Shown piece after piece: positions 1-10,596 of a stretch of 22,688 bases of DNA. The notes under the pieces are model-generated. The model had not been told where the DNA came from. It saw only the letters and a list, made by a program, of their open reading frames with translations, and did not search any database. A program made the translations under genes and the position numbers. Positions within the stretch are counted from its first letter, which is position 1. Each line of letters opens with the position of its first letter. Source of the DNA: Octopus sinensis (lineage: Eukaryota); assembly GCF_006345805.1 (NCBI RefSeq), contig NW_021836780.1:1-22688 (forward strand). Reading direction: 5' to 3'.

Positions 1-11
1 TATATACATAT

Positions 12-59
<48 letters not shown>

Positions 60-71
60 ATATATATATAC

Positions 72-106
<35 letters not shown>

Positions 107-190
107 CATATATATACATATATATATATATACATTATATATATATACTATCTATATATATATATATATATATATATAATAATATATATA
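1..190. repeat. (TA)n/(TACA) microsatellite; further TA tracts at ~471-530, 768-784 and 851-910
   Basis: Directly visible dinucleotide repeat. Confidence 0.97.
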
Positions 191-851
191 ATTTCAACAT
201 TGAGGGTAAAATTAATTAATTATTAATCAATTTCACCAAGTATTCAGTATGTAAGGGACCATTTAAGGCGAATGTTCTCAAATAATCTTTGCACTTGTGA
301 TTTTTTAATGTTTTTACCCCCATACCTTCGTGGGTTATTTTGAGTAAACACTATCTGAGAGAAATTTTCTTTAAGTATTAGAAATGGCTAAAAAATCTTT
401 TTTTTTGGCTGCATTTCTATGAGTTCAGTATGTGGCAAAGTAATTTATTTTACTAAGCCTTTTATAAAATGTAATATATATATATATATTATATATATAT
501 ATATATATATAATATATATATATATATAATATGAAAACACACAAGTCAAGATAGAAAATGCTAAAATAATTTTATAATTCATACCGGTTTACGGTTTGGT
601 CATTTTGAGACCTTTTCAACTGTAACGATTAATAATTAAATTTAGAAAAATTAAATGAAAAGTTTTTTAAAGGAATATTTGTATAGTGTTCAAATATAAG
701 TGGCATTTTCCTTGTTTCTGCCTTTCTCTGTCTTCTTGTTTGCACTTGTGTGTTCGAGGTCGTTGTGATATATATATATATATAGCAATTAAGGACAACT
801 TCTTAATAAGGAAAACTTAAGCGTGTGGCATGTATGTATAATAATGCCCTC

Positions 852-901
<50 letters not shown>

Positions 902-1243
902 TATAATATATCACTTCCGTTTTCGTGGAGGAGGAAAGGCGTGTTTGCTTTTGCTCTGTGAAAAAACAGAAAGGTTTGCATAAATCGACGAAATATTCTA
1001 CTAAAAGTAACAAAAAGTAGAAACATGTTAACTCATAAAGTCTACTAAAATACTTTAATTGAAAATATATTAATTATAAACGTAATATATTTCGCCTGAA
1101 GCCAAATATAATACAGTAAATTTGGTTACGCATGCTAGAATATTCGCCGAAAAGCACATGGTGACAAATCTTCTCGTGAAAGAAAATTTCTTCGTACAAG
1201 CACGTGTGTTTGGACTGTACCTTTCAAGATAAGTATCGCATGC

Positions 1244-3338
1244 AATTGTTTGTTTATTAATTTTTTAGGCTAACATCTCGGTTACGATTGTTTGTTTATT
1301 AAGTTTTTAGGTTAACAACTCAGATACGATTGTTTGTTTATTAATTTTTTAGGCTAACATCTCGGTTACGATTGTTTGTTTATTAATTTTTTAGGCTAAC
1401 AACTCAGATACGATTGTTTGTTTATTAATTTTTTAGGTTAACATCTCGGTTACGATTGTTTGTTTATTAATTTTTTAGGCTAACAACTCAGATACGATTG
1501 TTTGTTTATTAATTTTTTAGGCTAACAACTCAGATACGATTGTTTGTTTATTAATTTTTTAGGCTAACAACTCAGATACGATTATTTGTTTATTAATTTT
1601 TTAGGCTAACAACTCAGATACGATTGTTTGTTTATTAATTTTTTAGGCTAACAACTCAAATACGATTGTTTGTTTATTAATTTTTTAGGCTAACATCTCG
1701 GTTACGATTGTTTGTTTATTAATTTTTTAGGCTAACATCTCAGTTACGATTGTTTGTTTATTAATTTTTTAGGCTAACAACTCAGATACGATTGTTTGTT
1801 TATTAATTTTTTAGGCTAACATCTCGGTTACGATTGTTTGTTTATTAATTTTTTAGGCTAACATCTCAGTTACGATTGTTTGTTTATTAATTTTTTAGGC
1901 TAACATCTCGGATGCGATTGTTTGTTTATTAATTTTTTAGGCTAACATCTCGGTTACGATTGTTTGTTTATTAATTTTTTAGGCTAACATCTCGGTTACG
2001 ATTGTTTGTTTATTAATTTTTTAGGCTAACATCTCGGTTACGATTGTTTGTTTATTAATTTTTTAGGCTAACATCTCGGTTACGATTGTTTGTTTATTAA
2101 TGTTTTAGGCTAACATCTCGGATGCGATTGTTTGTGTATTAATGTTTTAGGCTAACATCTCGGATGCGATTGTTTGTTTATTAATTTTTTAGGCTAACAT
2201 CTCGGTTACGATTGTTTGTTTATTAATTTTTTAGGCTAACATCTCGGATGCGATTGTTTGTTTATTAATTTTTTAGGCTAACATCTCGGTTACGATTGTT
2301 TGTTTATTAATGTTTTAGGCTAACATCTCGGATGCGATTGTTTGTTTATTAATTTTTTAGGCTAACATCTCGGTTACGATTGGTTGTATTAATGTTTTAG
2401 GCTAACATCTCGGATGCGATGTTTGTTTATTAATTTTTTAGGCTAACATCTCGGTACGATTGTTTGTTTATTAATTTTTTAGGCTAACATCTCGGATGCG
2501 ATTGTTTGTTTATTAATTTTTAGGCTAACATCTCGGTTACGATTGTTTGTTTATTAATGTTTTAGGCTAACATCTCGGATGCGATTGTTTGTTTATTAAT
2601 TTTTTAGGCTAACATCTCGGTTACGATTGTTTGTTTATTAATGTTTTAGGCTAACATCTCGGATGCGATTGTTTGTTTATTAATTTTTTAGGCTAACATC
2701 TCGGTTACGATTGTTTGTTTATTAATTTTTTAGGCTAACATCTCGGATGCGATTGTTTGTTTATTAATTTTTTAGGCTAACATCTCGGTTACGATTGTTT
2801 GTTTATTACTGTTTTAGGCTAACATCTCGGATGCGATTGTTTGTTTATTAATTTTTTAGGCTAACATCTCGGTTACGATTGTTTGTTAATTAATGTTTTA
2901 GGCTAACATCTCGGATGCGATTGTTTGTTTATTAATTTTTTAGGCTAACATCTCGGTTACGATTGTTTGTTTATTAATTTTTTAGGCTAACATCTCGGAT
3001 GCGATTGTTTGTTTATTAATTTTTTAGGCTAACATCTCGGTTACGATTGTTTGTTTATTAATGTTTTAGGCTAACATCTCGGATGCGATTGTTTGTTTAT
3101 TAATTTTTTAGGCTAACATCTCGGATGCGATTGTTTGTTTATTAATTTTTTAGGCTGTCATCTCGGATACAATTGTTTGTTTATTGATTTTTTAAGCTAA
3201 CATCTCAGTTACGATTGTTTGTTTATCAATTTTTTAGGCTAACATCTTGGTTACGATTGTTTGTTTATAAATTTTTTAGGCTAACATCTCAGTTACGATT
3301 GTTTGTTTATTAAATTTTTAGGCTAACATCTCAGTTAC
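1244..3338. repeat. Tandem array (minisatellite), 42-bp unit, ~50 copies; consensus GATTGTTTGTTTATTAATTTTTTAGGCTAACATCTCGGTTAC
   Basis: GATTG recurs at 1286, 1328 and 1370 (period 42). 2095 bp / 42 is about 50. Units abut with no unique spacers. Unit-end variants are CGGTTAC, CAGATAC, CGGATGC and CAGTTAC. Confidence 0.98.
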
Positions 3339-3850
3339 ATATCTTACTCTTTTTCTCATCTCCCCTCCTCCCTTTCATATCCTCCTCTTCTCTCATTTCT
3401 CTTTCCTTTCCATCTTACATCTACCTCTCCTCCCGCCACCCCACCCTCTCTCTCATATACTTCTCATCCGCCCATTCTTCTCACTCCGTCTCTCCCTCTC
3501 TCTCACATCCTTCATTCTGTCTCTCCTTCACTCTGTCTCTCTTTCTTTTGCTATCCTCTCCTCCCCTCTGTTTCTCTTTCTCTTCCCCTACTCTCCTTCA
3601 CTCTGCCTCTCTTTCTCTTTCCCTCTTCTCCTTCACTCTGTCTCTCCTTCTATTCCCCTCCTCTCCCCCTACCTTCCTCTATCTCTTTAACACACCACAC
3701 CCCCTTGCTTTCCTCCTATCACCCTCTCGATTTCTTTCATAGCACCTCTCTCTTTCCTTCCTATCTCCCTCTCTCTTTCCCTATTCCACCCTCTGTGTTT
3801 CTCTATCTCTACATCTCTCTATCCCTCATTACCCCTCTAGCCTCTACTGC
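3339..3850. repeat. Polypyrimidine (CT-rich) low-complexity tract, probably part of the LINE 5' UTR
   Basis: Strongly C/T-biased on +, with repeated CCTTCACTCTGTCTCTC-like words. Ends ~20 bp before the ORF1 ATG. Confidence 0.8.
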
Positions 3851-3872
3851 CCCTCTGGACTTCAAAACGAAG

Positions 3873-4814
3873 ATGGCACCAAGGTGGGAAAAAAAGAGAT
3901 AGATCTTCTGCTAAGAGCATGGAAAATTGCTAGTGGCGATCCGCCGAACAACATCATCACTGCTGCGCTAAAAAACAATGGTTTTCATAGAACCATTGAC
4001 CAGAAAGAGCGGAAGAAAAATGAGTTTATCCGGTCTTGCATGCTTATAAGACCACACATCAAAACACTGGACAACATAAATGAAGATTATTGTGGCAAAG
4101 CTGATGAGGATGAAGAGGACGAAAAAGAGAAGGAACCCGGAAGTCTCTGTGATCCAGGGGTTCCTCAGGAAAATGGATCACCTACCCCGGTGAACGACCA
4201 AGTAGTGAAGGATAGGGGAGACAAGGGAACAGAAACCGGAAGCCACCCTGTACCAGTGGTCCTACGAAGAAATGAAAAATTAGAAAAACAGAAGAAAAAA
4301 GGAAGGACCGAAAACAAAAATAAGGAGGGAAAAGGCAAAACAACCATAGCTGAAACCCCAACCCACCACACAAACAGCAAAGAACCCCATGGAGGATCCA
4401 ATGCCACCCAGTACACTTCAGGAAAGAAGAAATCTAGAAGGCACCGAAGAACCTGAAAGTTCTACCTGCGGGGCAAATGTTGGCATGGTGAGGACGGCAA
4501 AAACTGCCGGTTCGCCCACCCGACACCCCGCCAGAACCTCAGGGGACTCAAAGAGAAAAACTTTACCGAGGGAACACAAGAAATGTCTCCAGGAAAACTT
4601 TCAAAAACGAAGTGCGCTCCTCAGATGTTCTGCGCAACGCAGCGCAGCAAGAGTCTTTTTATGCATGGCGGAAAGAATTGTCCGGCAGCTAACCTGGCTA
4701 CACCAAGCACAGAGAAGGAACCCTGCCCACCACTATGCAAGACCACCACAGTCAACAGACACGGGATGGCCTCCCCTGACGCCTGCACAGCCGTCACACC
4801 AATACTTTTACTAA
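3873..4814 (+). pseudogene. LINE ORF1 (disrupted): Myb/SANT-like N-terminus, acidic/Lys-rich linker, CCCH zinc finger, Q/P-rich tail
   Basis: ATG at 3873. Adding one A to the A7 run (3889-3895) gives MAPRWEKKEIDLLLRAWK. Reading through TGA 4454-4456 gives (C)KFYLRGKCWHGEDGKNCRFAHP. The likely C-terminus is in the 4389 frame, ending at TAA 4814. Confidence 0.7.
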
Positions 4815-7598
4815 ATATTGGGGGCCTGTTGCATCAAAATAGAAACAAAATTTCTTTCCTGAGAGATCTTACTGCATGCAATCAAGCCCCATGCATAGCA
4901 CTTGTAGAAACTCACCTCAACCTTGATATAGAGGACGCAGAAGTACACATACCAAACTATGTCATACTGCGAACAGACAAAAGGGAAAGGAGCCATGGTG
5001 GAGTTGCTGTATACATCCGAGATGACCTCACACCCCAGGTCTTGATGACATACTCAAATTCGGTATGTGACACCTTAATTGTATACATAAGACAACAAAA
5101 TTTAGTCATATGCAATACATATTGCCCACCGGATGCCCCAAATCACATAGGCAAGTTTGAAGATTGCCTCACAAGAATTAAAGAAATCCTCATGAATCTG
5201 AAACACCACGTGACCATATTTCTTATGGGTGATTTCAACTTCCCCAACGTCAAATGGCCCAAAGGTCACATACTCTCAGGAATGAATCATTGCAAGCAAG
5301 TACAGGTGGAGTCCCTGCTCAACCTCACCAATGCCTTATTCATGGAGCAAGTTGTACTCAAGCCAACTAGGGCGAATAACATTCTGCATCTCTGCTTCAC
5401 GAACAATATGGACATCATTCATGATGTGAAAGTGACACCGACAACAGTTTCGGATCACAACATAATAGAGCTGTCTATGTTTGGGCCGAAAGTAACCAGA
5501 GACATACAGCCTAAAGGAAGCACACGAAATCTCTCCAATCTGAACTTCCACAAAGCAGATTGGAAATCGATCCAAAAAGAGATCCTCAGAGAGGACTGGC
5601 CGGAATGTCTTTCCACACCAGCCAGACATTGACATGAAACTAGAATGTTTCATGTCTTCTGTGCAAGCCGTATGCCAGAAATATGTCCCAGAGCACAAGG
5701 CCAAAACAAATAGGAGCACGATTCCAAGAGACAGAAAGATCCTCATGAGACGACGGACGAAGGTTGCAAATCGTTTCAACCAATATCCCAAAAGTAGCAA
5801 AACAACACTGATGGAGATCGAAAAAAGGCTGCAACAATCCTATGTGAAGGAGAAAGCAGACAAAGAAGCCTGGGTTATAAAAAACATTAAATCAAACCCA
5901 AAGGCCTTCTTTCATTACGCGAAAGAAACAGTCTCAGTGCACTACAAGATAGGACCCCTCCTCCAAAAGCATGGTTCCCTCACAGACAGTCCAACTATGA
6001 TCAGTGAGATGCTGAATGACCAGTTCAAAAGTGTCTTTACCACCCCGTTGGAACACAGACAAGTGAACGAACCAATGGACTTCTTTGCCGCCTCACCTAT
6101 AACCAGCGAGGCGGTTACAATAGAATGTATTGACATTAGCGAAAAAGATGTCCTACTAGCCATAGATGAAGTGGACACAAACTCAGCTGCAGGTCCAGAT
6201 GGATTCCCAGCCATCCTCCTCAAAGCGTGTAAGCATGCCCTGGCAAAACCCCTCAAGATTCTCTTCAAGAGCTTTCTTGCGAATGGCAAACTACCAAGCA
6301 AGCTGAAGGAGGGAATAATATGCCCAATACATAAAGGGGGAAGTAGAGCAGATGCCAAAAACTATAGGCCTATCTCTCTGACTTCACACATCAGCAAAGT
6401 CATGGAACGGATAGTCAGAAAAAAACTAATCGCATTCCTTGAGGAAAATAACTTGTTGAGTAATACCCAGCATGGTTTTCGACCAGGTAGGAGCTGTCTG
6501 ACCCAGCTCTTACAGCATTATGACTGGGTATTGAGGCAGTTACTCAGCAAATCAAATGTGGACGTAATCTACCTTGATTTTGCAAAAGCTTTTGACAAGG
6601 TGGATCATGGTATGATATGCCACAAACTACGTGACCTCGGCATAGCTGGAAAACTTGGAGTGTGGTTGCATGACTTCCTGAAAGATAGGAGTCAGGCAGT
6701 AGTGGTTAATGGAGCCACCTCTATGAACACACAAATAGTGAGCGGTGTTCCACAGGGCACTGTCTAGGGACCACTGCTTTTTTATAGTGGCCCTCTCAGA
6801 TATGCCCTCAAATGCCCGGATAGCCACTCTGGCCAGCTATGCAGACGATACGAAAGTCTCGCAGAAAATACAGAACCCCAGCGATGTTGCACACCTGCAG
6901 CAGGAGTTGGACTCAATCTACAGATGGGCTGAGGATAATAATATTCAGTTTAATGCTGATAAATTCCAGGCCCTGCGCTACCAGCATCCAAAACTGAATA
7001 TTAAACTTACAGGATACACCGGTCCACAGGGATTTCAATCCAGAGCCTAAGTCTGTGAGGGACCTTGGTATCGACATAGTGATGATACCTGTTTCCAAAT
7101 GCACATTACCAGGATGGCGACAAAGTGCAGACGACTGGCTGGGTGGATCCTAAGAACATTCAGAACCAGAGATAAGGAAACATGATGGTCCTCTGGCGGA
7201 CATTCGTCCTCAATCGCCTGGATTACTGCTCACAGCTATGGTCACCCACCAGTGTAAAATTAACAGCGGACCTTGAAGCAATCCAGAGAAGATTCACAAA
7301 GAAGATCGTCTCTTTACAACAGCTCAGCTACTGGGAAAGGTTGAAACAGCTAAGACTCTACTCCCTGGAGAGAAGACGGGAGAGGTATGCAGTAATATAT
7401 GTCTGGAAGATCCTGGATGGAATTGTGCCAAATTTTGGCATTGTAAGCTACACCAATGCTAGAATGGGACGACACTGCATAGTGCCAAAGATCCCAGCAA
7501 TGCCATCACGCTTCAGGACTAGCTTCTGCAACAGCCTGGGTTTCAAGGGCACACAGCTTTTTAATATTCTCCCAAAGAGTCTGAGGAACTTGCACAAA
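4766..7598 (+). pseudogene. LINE ORF2 (APE endonuclease + reverse transcriptase), frameshifted
   Basis: APE: LLNIGGL, LVETHL, GGVAVY, YCPP, GDFN, SDH. RT: AGPDG, NYRPISLTS, QHGFRPGRSC, LDFAKAFDKVDH, SGVPQG, YADD. Lesions: CCAG duplication at 5618-5625, TAG at 6765-6767, extra T near 6780, several 1-bp deletions at 7030-7180. Confidence 0.93.
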
Positions 7599-7772
7599 GC
7601 TGTATCGGCCCCATTGCCTTTCCCTTGGATAACACTGGTGGCGTGGAGAGGGGAGGCTGGTATGCATGGGCGACTGCTAGTCTTCCATAAATAACCTTGC
7701 CCGGACTTGTGCCTGGGTGGGTCACTTTGTAGGTGCAGCCCCATGGTCTGTGTTGTGACCGAAGGTCGTCTC
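7599..7772. mobile_element. Probable fragment of a different interspersed repeat joined to the truncated LINE 3' end
   Basis: LINE-like protein sequence stops abruptly after NILPKSLRNLHK. A GC-richer unrelated 174-bp segment follows and ends at (TA)n. It resembles an octopus repeat from memory only. Confidence 0.45.
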
Positions 7773-7839
7773 ATAATATATATATATTATATATATATAT
7801 ATATTATATATAATATATATTATATATAATATTTGTGTG

Positions 7840-7888
<49 letters not shown>
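7773..7888. repeat. (TA)n followed by (TAC)16
   Basis: Directly visible; TAC run at 7840-7887. Confidence 0.95.
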
Positions 7889-8104
7889 GCAGTCACCACT
7901 GCTTTCACACTAGCTCGGCTTGTTTAGTAACTAAATACCTCCTTTTTACCTCACACGCGATACAAACACCCGTTTTTGAAAAGAGTAGGACACTTTTTAT
8001 GTTGTAGGCCAAGATAGACAATGCCGAATGGAAAGATGGGATGATCATGGTTGGAACATCTTTGATCACTGATCAGTTCAGTCAAGACTGATATGAGGCT
8101 GGAT

Positions 8105-8370
8105 AACACCAGCATCCTCATCATTACTGTTAACAGCATCAGCACGAACACTATCAGCAATAGCAACAGCAGTAGCAGCAGCATCACCACCACTACCACC
8201 ACCACCCACACAACCAGTAACAATACAACCAGCAGGACTAGCAGCAGTAGTGGCAGCAGCAGCAGCAGTAGTAGTAACAGCATCGTCATCACCAAAACCA
8301 TCATCAACTCAGCATCAGGATACCACGGCTACAACCATCACCACCACGGCCACCACCACTACGACCACTG
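8105..8370. repeat. Compound degenerate trinucleotide repeat (CAG/CAC/CAT/TAG)
   Basis: Accounts for the poly-S/T/H and poly-L/V ORFs on both strands. Confidence 0.9.
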
Positions 8371-8520
8371 ATACTGCTATCAGTATCATTACTCCTACCC
8401 TCCTCCCCCATCACTTTTAATACAAATCATCGTCCTGCTCCAACCTCCAACCGCCACCCGGCTCCATCACTTTTCGCGGCACCCAGTTTTAAGTTATCAG
8501 TGTCAGTATTTAGACCAGTT

Positions 8521-9143
8521 CGCACGCATTCATACATACATGCACAGACTTGCATGCCTGCACATACAATATATATATATACATACCTTTAGACTTATAC
8601 ATACTCACACACACATGCACATATGCACTTGCATAAATACATACATATATGCACATGTATGTACATACTTATATACGCGCATACATACACATACATACAT
8701 ACATACATACACACACAAATATATGCATAAACACGTATATATACATATGCACACCTACATATAGACAAGAAACATACATACATAAATACACATATACATA
8801 TATATATATGTATACAAACAAACATGCATACCTACACACATAATACAAAACACATACATATATACACACCTGCAAGCATACACACATACATACATACAAA
8901 ATACAAACATACACACACACACATTCATACAAACATGCATACATACATACACATAATGCATTATACATACAAACAAACATACATACACACATACACACAC
9001 ACACACATACATACATACATACATACATACATACATACATACATACATAAATAGCATACATACATACATACATACATACATACACACATACACACACACA
9101 CACACACATACATACATACATACATACATATATACATACATAC
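8521..9143. repeat. (TACA)n/(CA)n compound microsatellite
   Basis: Directly visible. Confidence 0.95.
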
Positions 9144-9244
9144 AACACTTGTCATTTTTGTTACCCAAATTCCAGTGATGGAGTTTCTGTTCTCTGTGAG
9201 AAACCAGCTCCTTCCTCACAGGAAGAATTCAAACAATTGGGAAA

Positions 9245-10065
9245 GACTGTTACCATAGTAACGAGGCTAAAGCACACAGAGTAAAGCCACATGGCGCAGA
9301 TTGACCTTGAACTCTGCTGTGCATGCGCACTAAGTTTTAACGTTCTAGCTTGGAAGAAACGTGTGTAGCGTATGATCGTCGCATTGACCATGACAGAGAA
9401 AGTTGAGCAGAGAATCTGCATCAAATTTTGCCAAAAGCTTGGCGATACCTGCTCAGAGGCCTGAGCAAAGTTTTCAAAAAGTTTTCATCGATCTCGACAC
9501 AATCAAAGAGATCTTGTGCAACTGGAACCCGAGTGTCTTTTTGGTCAGCTGAAAGAAGTTTTGGCTCAAACTTGGCGGACACGTGTCTCATATTCAAGTC
9601 TTCAATGATCATTTGCACATCCCCTGATAACTCACGGATAGTGACTCTACGATTTCTCCTCTCAGTTTCACGCACAACTGCGATGTTATTCTCAGTTGCG
9701 GGTCTCTAGAACGTTCATCAATATCGACATTTTTTCAGCCGTCTTGCAAACGTCTGAACCACTCGTACACTTGTGTGTGACTCATACAATCCTCTCCATG
9801 CACTTTCTGCAACTTTGCGTAGGCCTCTGAGCAGGTATCGACATGACAGCTTTCTTTGTCATGGTCCATGCGAGGAACACACGCTACACACGTTCCTTTC
9901 AAGCACTGCTCTAAATAGCAGATTTGAGCTAGAACGTTAAACCTTAATGCTCATGCACAGCAGAATTCAAGGTCAATCTGTGCCAAGCAGCTTCATTCTG
10001 TGGGCTTTAGCTTCGTTTCTATGGCTTACGATGGCAATAGTCCGGTATTTATTGATAAGACCTCG
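9245..10065 (-). mobile_element. Non-autonomous mariner derivative (fold-back/MITE-like): 5' part of transposase on -, inverted copy of the 5' end on +
   Basis: Minus strand starts TA|CGAGGTCTTATCAATAAATACCGGACT (TIR-like, TA at 10066-10067). From ATG 9862 it encodes DTCSEAYAKLQKVHGEDCMSHTQVYEWFRR..RRVTIREL..RHVSAKFEPKLL (HTH and WVPxxL-type linker). Plus ATG 9390 encodes MTEKVEQRICIKFCQKLGDTCSEA. No DDD catalytic domain. Confidence 0.9.
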
Positions 10066-10067
10066 TA

Positions 10068-10255
10068 CATTCATACATACATACATACATACACATACAT
10101 AATACGTACATAGATGCATATATATACACACACACATAAATACATACATACATACCTGCCTGCATGCTTACGTTAAAGTATTCCATGGATTTTCCATTTG
10201 AAGCTCCTTGGTTGAGCATATATACGCAAACACATATACCAACCGCACGCACACA

Positions 10256-10290
<35 letters not shown>

Positions 10291-10580
10291 ACACCCACAC
10301 ACACACACCCACACATAAACAGCAATAAACAAACACACTTGTATGCTAAAAGGAAACCACTCCCACTATATGAGAGCAAATTAATTAACACACATACACA
10401 AACACATACACACACATATGCATAGTACGTAATATATATATAGTGCATATATACACGAAAGTACTTACAGACATACATATTTTATACATACGTACGTAGT
10501 ACACACATGCATAAATACAACAATATATGCATGTATAAACTAACATACGTGCATGTGTACGTCCATGCATACACACATAC
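10068..10580. repeat. (TACA)/(CA) degenerate microsatellite region
   Basis: Directly visible. Confidence 0.9.
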
Positions 10581-10596
10581 ACTCGTGGGGTAGTGC

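Larger units (their letters stand above)
3873..7598 (+). mobile_element. Non-LTR retrotransposon (LINE), CR1-like, ORF1 + APE-RT ORF2, disrupted and 3'-truncated
   Basis: APE and RT motifs in order. The C-terminal block LEAIQRRFTKKI..LSYWERLKQLRLYSLERRRERY is typical of CR1-group ORF2. No native 3' tail. Confidence 0.93.

Noticed and set aside
1244-3338. CRISPR array
   Set aside because: Units abut directly with no unique spacers, there are no cas genes, and the context is eukaryotic.
1244-3338. Telomeric repeat (TTAGGC in each unit)
   Set aside because: A single hexamer per 42-bp unit, never tandem.
4454-4456. Selenocysteine UGA
   Set aside because: No SECIS seen, and the element has other inactivating lesions, so a point mutation is more parsimonious.
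4165-7774. Minus-strand ORFs overlapping the LINE
   Set aside because: Antisense shadows of the coding strand with no motifs.
7951-9219. Poly-S/T/H, poly-L/V and YI/HT/CV-rich ORFs as genes
   Set aside because: They are translations of microsatellites.
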